Shown here: piece by piece, positions 28,481 to 38,190 of the stretch
Layout of the letters: each line of letters starts with the position of its first letter
Numbering within the stretch: the stretch's first letter is position 1
Source of the DNA: Acidimicrobiia bacterium
GTDB lineage: Bacteria > Actinomycetota > Acidimicrobiia > Spongiisociales > SHLN01
Reading direction: 5' to 3'
Assembly: GCA_041567895.1 (NCBI GenBank)
Contig: JBFGAX010000002.1
Coordinates: forward strand, 26,152 to 90,151
DNA: 64,000 bases
The notes under the pieces: generated by a model
What the model saw: only the letters and a program-made list of their open reading frames with translations
The model's database searches: none
What the model was told of the DNA's origin: nothing
Program-made: the position numbers and the translations under genes

Positions 28481-29360
28481 TCGCTGCTCGCGGCCGATAC
28501 GCGGCGAACGCCGCAAACCCCAGAATCACCGCGGAGATCAGCGAGGCGATGATCAGCAACGGAGCCTTGTTCACATCGCCTGAAGCCTCTTCTCCTCCGT
28601 GCGGGACGACTTCCGGTGAAATGCCCAGGAACAGGGCACCGAATGCGGCGACGACCACGAGGACAACCACCATTGCCATCACCGGTACGCCCACAGCCCT
28701 CGCGGTTGCTCGCTTGAATTCCTCCGGGGTCTCCCAACCGAGTTCATCGAGGCCTATGACATCTGGCCGTGACAACAGGTGAGAGAGTCCTGCGACTGCG
28801 GAGCCGATCGACACCCCGGCAAGCAGGGCCCACAGCAGCCCCGGTACGATCGGAATCTCAGCGGTTGTCGTGGCTTGTTCACCGAGCCAGATGACTGCAC
28901 CCTGGGCGAATAGCAAGCCGGTTATCGCGCCGGTCAATGCTCCGGACGTGAGCACTTTTCCCGAATTTCGTGGCACTACTGCATCGGGATCGAAAGCCCG
29001 GGGCATCCACTGCAGCGCGGCGGAGGTGACGAGACCGGCGAATCCAAACCCGAGTGCGGCAAACACGCTCACCAATCCGAGGGGCGAAATCTCGACCGTC
29101 CCGGTGAAAAGCGTGGTTTCGCCCATGTCGACCAGGTGAGGGAGTTCAAGCGAGGCCGACCCGATAGAAAAGAAGGTTTCGACCCTGGCCGTTCCGTCGC
29201 CGAGAAGACGGGCATCGACATTATTGATCATGATGGGCGCCAGGATCAGAAGAGCAACGATCCCCGTCACCAGACCGATCAACGCTCCGAATATCAGAGA
29301 TCGTCCAAATCGCATGTTCACAGCCGAGATAGTAGCTATACCCGACAACCAGGTGAGCAA
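28458..29360 (-). CDS. Hypothetical polytopic membrane protein
   Basis: ~300 aa with ~7 predicted TM helices; convergent with ctaF; start uncertain. Confidence 0.4.
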   Translation of the reverse strand: MLTWLSGIATISAVNMRFGRSLIFGALIGLVTGIVALLILAPIMINNVDARLLGDGTARVETFFSIGSASLELPHLVDMGETTLFTGTVEISPLGLVSVFAALGFGFAGLVTSAALQWMPRAFDPDAVVPRNSGKVLTSGALTGAITGLLFAQGAVIWLGEQATTTAEIPIVPGLLWALLAGVSIGSAVAGLSHLLSRPDVIGLDELGWETPEEFKRATARAVGVPVMAMVVVLVVVAAFGALFLGISPEVVPHGGEEASGDVNKAPLLIIASLISAVILGFAAFAAYRPRAATKRRESR

Positions 29361-29486
29361 GCTAAAGCCTCGCCGGGTTACTGACGACGTTTTAGGTGAA
29401 ACCTAAACTCGGGTCTCCGTTCCCAATGGATTGTGTAGCGTGCTGATTCTGAAAGACCATTCTCATCTGACGCGCTCGGAGCGCTC

Positions 29487-30470
29487 GTGAGCCGCCGCTA
29501 CCTGGTCACCGGCGGTGCAGGCTTCATCGGCTCGAATTTCATCCGCCTCGTGCTGGAACGAGAACCGGACTCCTCGGTCACGAATCTCGACGCCCTCACC
29601 TATGCCGGCGTTGAAGCCACGGTCGAAGAACTGGACGCATCAGAGAGGCACACGTTCGTCAAAGGCGATATTCGCGATGCCGCTCTGGTCGAGGAAGTCA
29701 TGCCGGGTCACGATGTTGTCGTCAATTTCGCCGCCGAAAGCCACGTTGATCGCTCGATTCATGGACCTTCGGTGTTTCTGCACACGAATGTGGTGGGAAC
29801 GGGTGTACTCATCGATGCCGCCAGGCGTTACGAGATCGGTACGTACATTCAGGTCTCGACCGATGAGGTCTACGGCTCGCTCGATGAAGGATTTGCAAGC
29901 GAGCGTCACCCGCTCGAGCCCTCTTCGCCCTATTCGGCGTCGAAGGCGGGGGCTGATCTCCTCGTGCAGTCGTACGGGGTGACATACGACTATCCCGCGA
30001 TCATCACGCGCTGCACGAACAACTACGGCCCGTATCACTTTCCTGAGAAACTCATCCCTCTCTTTGTGACAAATCTGTTCGAGGGACAGAAGGTTCCGGT
30101 ATATGGAGATGGTCTCAACGAACGGGACTGGATCTATGTCGAGGATCATTGCGCAGCCATCCACCTCCTGGTCGATCAGGGCTCACCAGGCGAGATCTAC
30201 AACATCGGAGCCAACGCACAGACCACGAACCTCGAGCTCACCCACAAGCTGATCGAGCTGACCGGACGTGATGAAGGCTTCATCGACTATGTCGAGGATC
30301 GCCCGGGACACGATCGTCGGTACGCGGTCGACTCGTCAAAAATCCGGGCGCTTGGATGGGCACCGGCCAACACTCTTGAAGAGCGGTTGATCGACACGGT
30401 GCAGTGGTATCGGGACCGTGAGGACTGGTGGCGGCCGCTGAAGAGAGAACAGGCGTCTGATGAGAAGTGA
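29487..30470 (+). CDS. rmlB: dTDP-glucose 4,6-dehydratase
   Basis: TGGAGFIGSNF Rossmann motif, YxxxK (YSASKAG), full-length RmlB pattern. Confidence 0.9.
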   Translation: MSRRYLVTGGAGFIGSNFIRLVLEREPDSSVTNLDALTYAGVEATVEELDASERHTFVKGDIRDAALVEEVMPGHDVVVNFAAESHVDRSIHGPSVFLHTNVVGTGVLIDAARRYEIGTYIQVSTDEVYGSLDEGFASERHPLEPSSPYSASKAGADLLVQSYGVTYDYPAIITRCTNNYGPYHFPEKLIPLFVTNLFEGQKVPVYGDGLNERDWIYVEDHCAAIHLLVDQGSPGEIYNIGANAQTTNLELTHKLIELTGRDEGFIDYVEDRPGHDRRYAVDSSKIRALGWAPANTLEERLIDTVQWYRDREDWWRPLKREQASDEK

Positions 30471-30482
30471 CAGGGGGCTGCG

Positions 30483-31544
30483 ATGAGAGGTGTTGTCCTT
30501 GCCGGAGGTGCCGGAAGCAGGCTACGACCGATTACGTTTTCGATGTCGAAGCAGCTCGTCCCCGTCGCCAACAAGCCCATCCTGTTCTACGGGTTGAGTG
30601 ATCTGGCCGAAGCGGGTATCGAAGAGGTCGGCATCATCATCTCTCCGGAAACCGGTGGCGAGATACGCCGGGCGGTAGGCAAGGGCGAGCGGTTCGGGCT
30701 GAAGCGAGTCGAGTTCATCGTCCAGGATCGACCACTGGGTCTCGCACACGCGCTGAACATGGCCATGCCGTTCGTGGACGGCGATGATTGCCTGATGTAC
30801 CTGGGTGACAACCTCATCAAGCGTGGTGTAGCCGATACCGTCACCGACTTCAAAGAACACAGACCGAACGCGCAGATCTTGTTGGCCCAGGTGCCGAACC
30901 CCTCCGAATTCGGTGTTGCGGAACTCGACGATGAGGGGGTTGTCGTGCGACTGGTCGAAAAACCCAAGGTGCCCCCGTCGAACCTCGCTCTGGTCGGCTG
31001 TTATCTCTTCGACGCTGGTGTGCAGAAAGCGATCGACAGCATCAAGCCGTCGGGCCGGGGCGAACTCGAGATCACTGACGCGATCCAGTGGTTGATAGAC
31101 GACGGTCAGGAGGTTCGGGCTTCGATGATCACCGGGTGGTGGAAAGACACGGGCAAGAAGGAGGACCTTCTCCATGCGAGCGAACTCGTACTGAGTGATC
31201 TGAGCGAAAAGATAAGCGGCGAAGTCATCGACACCGAGATCCGGGGTGCCGTGACCATTGGTGTCGGTTCCCGGGTCGTTGACAGCCAGATCATCGGACC
31301 CGTGGTCATCGGTGACAACGTGGAGATTGTTCGGTCGAGGCTCGGGCCCAACACGACAATCGGCCACGGTAGCCACATTCACGACGCGGCAATCGAAGAC
31401 AGCCTGCTGATGGACGGTGCGGAGGTGTCCAACTGGAAGCTTCGATTCTCCCTGATGGGTGCCAACGCCAGACTCACGGGCACGCCTGCGCCCGGTTTCG
31501 TGGAGTTGACCGTCGGCGAGCGCTCAGAGATAATCGGAACCTGA
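30483..31544 (+). CDS. Glucose-1-phosphate thymidylyltransferase, long form with C-terminal left-handed beta-helix
   Basis: N-terminal GxGxRL nucleotidyltransferase motif (LAGGAGSRLRPIT) and C-terminal hexapeptide repeats. Confidence 0.8.
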   Translation: MRGVVLAGGAGSRLRPITFSMSKQLVPVANKPILFYGLSDLAEAGIEEVGIIISPETGGEIRRAVGKGERFGLKRVEFIVQDRPLGLAHALNMAMPFVDGDDCLMYLGDNLIKRGVADTVTDFKEHRPNAQILLAQVPNPSEFGVAELDDEGVVVRLVEKPKVPPSNLALVGCYLFDAGVQKAIDSIKPSGRGELEITDAIQWLIDDGQEVRASMITGWWKDTGKKEDLLHASELVLSDLSEKISGEVIDTEIRGAVTIGVGSRVVDSQIIGPVVIGDNVEIVRSRLGPNTTIGHGSHIHDAAIEDSLLMDGAEVSNWKLRFSLMGANARLTGTPAPGFVELTVGERSEIIGT

Positions 31545-31573
31545 GCGGTTTCACACCCGGGGTGGGAGAGTGG

Positions 31574-32719
31574 CTATCCCCTGCCGCAGCTGTCCGGGCT
31601 GTAAATCCCGGTAACGATGCCTTCGGCCTCGTTGGACGTCACGGGTCCCCATAACAGGAGTTGCCCGTCGCTTGGCCTCCACAATTGGAAAATGACGCCG
31701 TCTTCCGGATCCTGGACGAATTGAACTCTGAGCGAAGAATATGTGTTTTTGAGCGAAGCGACCGTGTCGCCCAACTTCACGCCGCTGATGGTCGAGAGCC
31801 CCGATGGCTCACCCTCGAAATTCAGGTCGGTTCGATAGCTGCGAAATGCACGAACTCCATCTGACCCCTCGACCCCCACGATGATCAATTGTCCGTAGCG
31901 CACCGTATGGATTGTCGAGCCCGCACACGTCCCGTATTGTCCGGCGGACTCGATGGGACCAACGACTTCTGCCGGAGGTCCGAGAGACGCTGCGAGCCGC
32001 GCTGCGACGAAATCGAACTCGACATCGAAGTCGAACTCGCCAAGTCCGAATGCACCCATCCCGAGATCACCAACCGGAATGGGGTCGCCGATCGGTGCGA
32101 TCGTTCGTGCGGGAATGGTGGTAGGCGGGAGGGTCGTCGTCGTTGTGACCGTCGTCGGCACCGCGACCGTGGCCGGCGGAGATGATGTGCTCGTCGTCGA
32201 TTGCACCGTGTTGCCGAGCACATCTACCGATCGGTCCGGGCCCGTGAGTACGCGGGTGATACCCAATACCGCTATCGCCGACACGACCAGAGCTGCCAGC
32301 ACGGCATTGAGGGAGATAGGGGCCGGCGTGTATTGCCGGGGGATGGATCCCATGTCGGTGACTTCCGCCGGGTCTTCGGGGTTCCAAAGCAGTTCGTCAT
32401 CGTCCGGGTCCAGCAATTGCTGATAGATGGCCGGAATGCTCGATGTCGTCTCCGCGGTTGTGTCCGCGGTCGGGTCAGCGCTCGTCCCTGCGCGATGATC
32501 CCGGATGCCACCCTCGAGTTCCCTCCGGGCTCCCGCCATGGCGGGTTCTCTCGTCGCAGCCCAGGAGGTGCCACAGGACGCGCATTTCCGCAAGCCCGTC
32601 AAGCGGGCTTGCTCGCAGTTGTCACAGGAGGCGGGTGGTGCGTAGCCACATGCCGTGCAGGCATCCGCCGATGACTCAGAAGGACCGGCACAAACCGGAC
32701 AGCGAATCGTCACGGCCAA
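31574..32719 (-). CDS. Zinc-ribbon membrane protein with extracytoplasmic domain
   Basis: Two N-terminal CxxC pairs (CPVCAG...CTACG; CDNCEQ...CASCG), one TM, Thr/Pro linker, C-terminal globular domain of unknown function. Confidence 0.5.
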   Translation of the reverse strand: MAVTIRCPVCAGPSESSADACTACGYAPPASCDNCEQARLTGLRKCASCGTSWAATREPAMAGARRELEGGIRDHRAGTSADPTADTTAETTSSIPAIYQQLLDPDDDELLWNPEDPAEVTDMGSIPRQYTPAPISLNAVLAALVVSAIAVLGITRVLTGPDRSVDVLGNTVQSTTSTSSPPATVAVPTTVTTTTTLPPTTIPARTIAPIGDPIPVGDLGMGAFGLGEFDFDVEFDFVAARLAASLGPPAEVVGPIESAGQYGTCAGSTIHTVRYGQLIIVGVEGSDGVRAFRSYRTDLNFEGEPSGLSTISGVKLGDTVASLKNTYSSLRVQFVQDPEDGVIFQLWRPSDGQLLLWGPVTSNEAEGIVTGIYSPDSCGRG

Positions 32720-32777
32720 AGGTTATGCCGGTTTTTGCACTTTACGTGCCTTTGTTTGGCCGGTTCTTGCTCGCAGG

Positions 32778-34793
32778 TCAGTCGAGCTGGGCGGCGAGGA
32801 TCTTCGGATCCGACACCGGCGCCTGACAAGCGAACTGACGGCAAACATACGCCAGCGCTCCATCGTCGGGTTGTCCCTTGCCTGCGAGAAGGGGAACGAT
32901 CCTCTCATCTTCGTCGCTCCTCCGAAGCGCCAGCACCACGTTCGGTCGGAATCTCTGCCATATGACGTCGGACAGGGGACGCGTCGGAGATCCGGTGATT
33001 GCAACCTCGAGGTTGTCGTCGTCGACCGTGTACTGAACGGCCAGGAGGTGTCCCACGGCCGTCGGATGCCGATTCATCAATTCCGCCCCGGCCCGCAAGA
33101 TTGCATCCTGGGCAACCAGCCGGTCAGATCTTCCGGACAGCAAATACGAGATGTGAAGCGCTTCGGCTGCGAGGCTGTTGCCTGATGCCGAGGGGTTGTC
33201 CATGGCATCGGTCGGCCGTGTTATGAGCTCTTCCGCGTCGGAACCGGTTGCATAGAACCCGGCGTCGTCACGGAAGAGGCGCAGCATGTCGTCTATGAGC
33301 GTTTCGGCCTCCATGTACCAGGTCGTGTTACCGGTTGCCTGATAGAGCGTCAACAAGCCGAGGGCGTAACCGCCGTAGTCCTCCAGAACAGCGAGCGGTC
33401 CCGGAGTTCCCCGGCGCCACGTTCGGTAGAGCCTCCCATCCGCCCGACGACAATGTTCCAGTATGAATGTGGCGTTACGTTCAGCGGCCGCGAGGTAGTC
33501 GGGTTTGTTCAGCACTGCGCCTGCTTCAGCCAGAGCCCGGATGGCCAAGCCGTTCCACGCCACCACCACCTTGTCGTCCAGGCCGGGTCGCTGACGCCGG
33601 CTGCGGGCAGCAAGAAGGGCCTGCTTTGCTTCGGTGATGATGGCATCGATCTCGTCGGTGGAAAGGCCGGCAGTGGTTGCGAGGTCTTCGCTCGCGACAG
33701 CCCGATGGAGAATGTTGCTCCCCTCGAAATTTCCTTCGGGACTGACCCCGAAGTAGCCGGCCATGAGGTCGGTGTTATCTCGCACGATATCGGCGAATTC
33801 GGTCGCCGTGAACACGTAGAACTTTCCCTCCTCACCCTCTGAATCGGCGTCCTCTGACGTCGCGAAACCGCCACCCGGTAATCCAAGGTCCTGCAGGATG
33901 TATTCGAGCGTCTCCTGTGCGACCCGAAGAAAGTCCTGGCGGTCGACGACCTGGCCTGCCCTGAGATACAGGCGCGCGAGATTGGCGTTGTCGTACAGCA
34001 TCTTTTCAAAATGCGGCACGAGCCAGATCCGATCAACGGCATAGCGCGCAAATCCTCCGCCGAGATGATCGTAGATACCGCCATCGGCCATTTTTTCGAG
34101 CGTCAGTGTCAGGGCGTTCCATGCTTCGGGCGCCCACTCCTTTGATCCGGCTCGCAGCAGGAACTCGAGGTTGGGGGGCTGCGGGAATTTGGGAGCGCCT
34201 CCGAATCCGCCATAGGTATGGTCCAGATTCTCGAGATGGGTCCGGTAGGCCCTCTCGAGCGCGGATGGATCGACGAGGCCGACGCTTGGCGAGACGGCGG
34301 TTCCAACGGCAGCCGTCAAACTTGCTGCCTGGTCCTCGAGGTCACCGCGACGGTTTTCCCACGCCTCGGCGACACTCGCCAGAACGCGGGGGAAGCCGGC
34401 GTGACCGGGTCGATCTTCGGGCGGGTAATACGTGCCTGCGAAGAAGGGTTTCCCGTCGGGAGTCGCAAAGACTGTCATCGGCCAGCCTCCGTGCCCGGCA
34501 AGCGCCTGCAGCGCGGTCATGTAGATGGCGTCGATGTCGGGACGTTCTTCACGATCTACTTTGATATTCACGAACCAACGGTTCATCAGTTCGGCGATGG
34601 TCGGGTTCTCGAACGACTCGCGCTCCATGACATGACACCAATGACAGGCTGCGTAGCCGACTGAGAGCAGAATCGGACGATCCTCTTGTTTCGCGCGATC
34701 GAGTGCCTCCGAGCCCCATGGGTACCAGTCGACGGGGTTGTCTTTGTGTTGAAGCAAATAGGGTGAGGATTCGTGTGCGAGGCGATTTGACAT
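32778..34793 (-). CDS. Thioredoxin-domain protein (DUF255/YyaL family, N-terminal Trx fold + six-hairpin glycosidase-like fold)
   Basis: N-terminus ...SPYLLQHKDNPVDWYPWG...SVGYAACHWCHVM conserved in the YyaL/SPATA20 family. Confidence 0.8.
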   Translation of the reverse strand: MSNRLAHESSPYLLQHKDNPVDWYPWGSEALDRAKQEDRPILLSVGYAACHWCHVMERESFENPTIAELMNRWFVNIKVDREERPDIDAIYMTALQALAGHGGWPMTVFATPDGKPFFAGTYYPPEDRPGHAGFPRVLASVAEAWENRRGDLEDQAASLTAAVGTAVSPSVGLVDPSALERAYRTHLENLDHTYGGFGGAPKFPQPPNLEFLLRAGSKEWAPEAWNALTLTLEKMADGGIYDHLGGGFARYAVDRIWLVPHFEKMLYDNANLARLYLRAGQVVDRQDFLRVAQETLEYILQDLGLPGGGFATSEDADSEGEEGKFYVFTATEFADIVRDNTDLMAGYFGVSPEGNFEGSNILHRAVASEDLATTAGLSTDEIDAIITEAKQALLAARSRRQRPGLDDKVVVAWNGLAIRALAEAGAVLNKPDYLAAAERNATFILEHCRRADGRLYRTWRRGTPGPLAVLEDYGGYALGLLTLYQATGNTTWYMEAETLIDDMLRLFRDDAGFYATGSDAEELITRPTDAMDNPSASGNSLAAEALHISYLLSGRSDRLVAQDAILRAGAELMNRHPTAVGHLLAVQYTVDDDNLEVAITGSPTRPLSDVIWQRFRPNVVLALRRSDEDERIVPLLAGKGQPDDGALAYVCRQFACQAPVSDPKILAAQLD

Positions 34794-35045
34794 CGGACTT
34801 CCAGGGTGGGAAAACCAAGACTATGGTTTGTCGGCGTCACATACGAAGGCAATCCGCAGCTGAATGAGGAACATCTGCGGACCCCCCTGGGGAGGTTGCT
34901 TCGGTTGGTCTCTGGCCTGAGCTGGAAAGCGAACAACCTGAAGGGGCCTTCACAAGATGGCGATCGTGTGGCATAGTGAAAAGCCGAGGCTGGACTTCCC
35001 CGCAGGTTCAACCTGGCACCATCAGGCTGAGGAGGATGAAGCCGT

Positions 35046-36254
35046 ATGGCGAGTAGAACGCTGAGCTCTGCGACGAAAACCGCGGCTAAAAAGCCCAAAT
35101 CCACGGAGGGCGGCCCCGCCGGGAAGACCAACGGCAGCTCAACCAATGGCGCCCCAAACGGCAGCAGTGGGAACGCCAAATCCCGAACCCAGGGCTCCAA
35201 CGGTGCAGGAGCCAATGGATCGGGAGTAAACGGTGGACGGGCGAAGAATGGAGGCCGTACGAAGCTGGCCAGGTCGTCGCTTGCCAACCCGCCGCTCGGA
35301 AAGCCGCCGGTGTCCAAGAATGAGAGCAAACTCACGGATGATCGGGGACGCCTCACAACCGATCTCGTAAGCCAGTACCTCACCGCAATCGGCGAGTACG
35401 ACCTTCTCACCGCTGAGCTCGAAGTTGAATTCGCTCAGAAGATCGAAGCCGGACAAACTGCGGCGGACCGCCTCGAATCGAACGAATTCAAAGGCAAGAA
35501 GGAAGAAGTCGAACTGCGTCGGCTGGTCCGCCTCGGCGCACACGCCAAGTCGGACTTCCTCACGGCCAACCTGCGACTTGTCGTCGCAAACGCGAGAAGA
35601 TACGCAAACACATCCGGCATCGACTTTCTCGACCTGATTCAGGAAGGCAACCTCGGTCTCATCCGCGCCGTGGAAAAGTTCGATTGGCGAAAAGGCTTCA
35701 AGTTCTCGACGTACGCCACGTGGTGGATCCGTCAGGCGATTACGAGGGCAATCGCAGACAAATCTCGCACCGTACGCATCCCTGTTCACCTCCACGACAC
35801 CCTGGCAGCGGTCCGTGCTGCTCAGGCCAGCTTGAAAGCCGAGTACGGGCGTGACCCCAATCCGGCCGAGATAGCCGAAGAAGCAGGCGTTACGGTCGAC
35901 AAAGTCGAGTTGGCTCTGGCAGTCGCCGACACGGTCTCTCTCGAGCAACCGGTCGGCGAAGATGGTGCACAGCTCGGTGATTTCATTGAGGACCTGGATG
36001 CTGTCGATCCGATGCGGGCGACTGAAGAAATGGACATTGCGAGCAATCTCCGCAAGTCGATTGGTCGCCTCCCCGAACGGGAAGGAAAGATTCTCGCCCT
36101 TCGATATGGATTCCACGACGGCGTGCCCCGCACGCTCGAAGAAATCGGCGAGGAATTCAACCTGACTCGTGAGCGGATCCGTCAGCTCGAAAAGCTCGCG
36201 CTCTGCCGGCTTCGTCATCCGAGCTTCGGTATTCGGGAACAGGATCTGGTTTAG
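35046..36254 (+). CDS. RNA polymerase principal/principal-like sigma-70 factor
   Basis: Regions 1.2, 2 ([31 protein letters not shown]), 3 and 4 ([18 protein letters not shown]) preceded by a low-complexity N/G/K-rich N-terminus. Confidence 0.85.
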   Translation: MASRTLSSATKTAAKKPKSTEGGPAGKTNGSSTNGAPNGSSGNAKSRTQGSNGAGANGSGVNGGRAKNGGRTKLARSSLANPPLGKPPVSKNESKLTDDRGRLTTDLVSQYLTAIGEYDLLTAELEVEFAQKIEAGQTAADRLESNEFKGKKEEVELRRLVRLGAHAKSDFLTANLRLVVANARRYANTSGIDFLDLIQEGNLGLIRAVEKFDWRKGFKFSTYATWWIRQAITRAIADKSRTVRIPVHLHDTLAAVRAAQASLKAEYGRDPNPAEIAEEAGVTVDKVELALAVADTVSLEQPVGEDGAQLGDFIEDLDAVDPMRATEEMDIASNLRKSIGRLPEREGKILALRYGFHDGVPRTLEEIGEEFNLTRERIRQLEKLALCRLRHPSFGIREQDLV

Positions 36255-36265
36255 ATCTACCGGTT

Positions 36266-37477
36266 CTAGACGCCCGCTCTCAGAGCATCCACCGGTTCGA
36301 GTGATGCTGCGCGGAGGCTCGGGTAGACGCCTGCTATGAGACCAACTGCCGCGCCGACCCCAGGAGCGGCGAGCGGAACCCATGCATCGAGAACGGGAGT
36401 CCACTGGTTGTAGGCAGAGGCTCCGACGATTGCCAGCACTCCTGCTGAAGCGCCGATGACGCCGCCGATCAGACCCATGAGAAGGCTCTCGAACAGGAAC
36501 TGGCGAGCGATATGTCGGCGCCCGGCACCCAGAGCCCGCCTGAGGCCGATCTCCCCGATTCGTTCGATGACCGATACCAGAACCACATTTGCGATTCCGA
36601 TCGCGCCGACGAGCAACGTGATGCCGCCCAGAACGAGGAACAATGAGTTGACGTCTTCCTCGACCACCTGGCGGACTTCCCGGGGATCGCGAGCAGTTCT
36701 CGCTTCGAGCAAATCCGGGTTATTCGGCGCCAGGGCGATGGGCGCCTGGCGCGCTATCAGTTGATTTGCCCCGATGACGGTGTCAACGTGGACTTCGGCC
36801 GGGGCTCCGAGATCGTACAGTTCTCGTGCGGTACCGTCCGGAATCACCACAGCTGACAGCAATGACGGCTCCCTGGCCACATCGTCGATGATGCCGATAA
36901 CCGAGAATATGCGTTCTCCGATCTTGATCGCAGGTTGCTGATCGACCCTCGTCAGATTCAACCGGTTCGCTACACCCGGCCCGATGACGGCGACCGGATC
37001 CGCCCGGTTGCTGTGGCCCTCGTCGAAGAAACGGCCGGTTGCAATCGTCCCGCGGACGGACGCGAGGAGATCCGCAGAGGCCGCATACACACTGAAGCTG
37101 AATTCGGTTTGCCGAAGCGGGTCGTTGAACGGAACCGCCGATATCAGGCCGTCGACCGGTACCTGGCTCAGGGTCGCTGCGGCCGCGACCCCATTCAGCC
37201 TGGAAAGTCGGGCACCTGCGTCCCATGGAATCACACTCTGACGTCGTGCACCCGGTTGCGAAACCGGCTCTATCAGTACTTCGGTCTGAGCAAGCGCATC
37301 AAACCGTGTCACGATCTGATTTCCGGCAGTCTTCGCGATGCCGAGGGTTGCGACAAGAGTCCCGACTCCGAGCGCGGTCCCAAGAATCGTCAGTATCGCG
37401 CGTCCTGGACGCGAAAACAGACCGGCAATCGATTCGCCTACCAGGTCGACAAAGGAAAAACGTGAACCGGCGATCAT
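36266..37477 (-). CDS. ABC transporter permease, MacB/FtsX-like
   Basis: N-terminal TM, large extracytoplasmic domain, C-terminal FtsX 3-TM bundle. Confidence 0.8.
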   Translation of the reverse strand: MIAGSRFSFVDLVGESIAGLFSRPGRAILTILGTALGVGTLVATLGIAKTAGNQIVTRFDALAQTEVLIEPVSQPGARRQSVIPWDAGARLSRLNGVAAAATLSQVPVDGLISAVPFNDPLRQTEFSFSVYAASADLLASVRGTIATGRFFDEGHSNRADPVAVIGPGVANRLNLTRVDQQPAIKIGERIFSVIGIIDDVAREPSLLSAVVIPDGTARELYDLGAPAEVHVDTVIGANQLIARQAPIALAPNNPDLLEARTARDPREVRQVVEEDVNSLFLVLGGITLLVGAIGIANVVLVSVIERIGEIGLRRALGAGRRHIARQFLFESLLMGLIGGVIGASAGVLAIVGASAYNQWTPVLDAWVPLAAPGVGAAVGLIAGVYPSLRAASLEPVDALRAGV

Positions 37478-38190
37478 GCGTACTCCGTCAGGAGCCCATC
37501 GATGATGTTGACGGTTCTCGGAGCCCTCGCTGACACAGCTTCGTCGTGGGTGATGACCACCAGCGTGAGTCCGTCAACTCGATGAAGGTCCTCGAAAAGT
37601 TCCATGATCGATTCCGTTGTTGCCGAGTCGAGGTTCCCCGTCGGTTCGTCGCACAGAAGCACGCTCGGCGAATGTGCGATCGCTCTCGCGATTGCGACCC
37701 GTTGGCGTTCGCCGCCGGAAAGGCGATCGGGTCGGAAATCGATCCGGTGCCCAAGGCCGACACGTTCGAGGGCGGCGATCGCCCGGGGCTTGCGTTCGGC
37801 GCGCGGGATTCTGTTGTAGATCTGGCCTACGACGACGTTGTCGAGGACGGTGCGGGTATTCAGCAGGTGAAATGCCTGGAAAACGAATCCGATCCGTTGG
37901 CCTCTCACCGACGCTCGCCTGCGATCACCCAAATCGGACGTATCGATCCCGTCGAGGAGATATGTTCCGCTCGTCGGCCGGTCGAGCAGGCCGAGCAGGT
38001 TCAGCAACGTTGATTTGCCGGACCCGCTCGGTCCCGAAATAGAAACGTATTCGCCTTCAGCGATGGCGAGGTTGACGTCTCTGAGAGCATGTACCGGTGG
38101 GGTGGTGTCAAAAACCCGAGATACGTCGACGAGCTCTACGACGGGTTGATCCGGACCGACCGTGACGCTCGTCGGGGCTGGGAGGGTCAT
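37474..38190 (-). CDS. ABC transporter ATP-binding protein (MacB/LolD-type)
   Basis: Walker A GPSGSGKST, signature LSGGERQRVAIARA, Walker B LLCDEPTGNLD; overlaps the permease start by 4 nt. Confidence 0.9.
   Translation of the reverse strand: MTLPAPTSVTVGPDQPVVELVDVSRVFDTTPPVHALRDVNLAIAEGEYVSISGPSGSGKSTLLNLLGLLDRPTSGTYLLDGIDTSDLGDRRRASVRGQRIGFVFQAFHLLNTRTVLDNVVVGQIYNRIPRAERKPRAIAALERVGLGHRIDFRPDRLSGGERQRVAIARAIAHSPSVLLCDEPTGNLDSATTESIMELFEDLHRVDGLTLVVITHDEAVSARAPRTVNIIDGLLTEYA

Noticed and set aside
35139-36404. 421-aa minus-strand ORF antisense to the sigma factor
   Set aside because: Shadow ORF; the sigma-70 regions on the plus strand are unambiguous.
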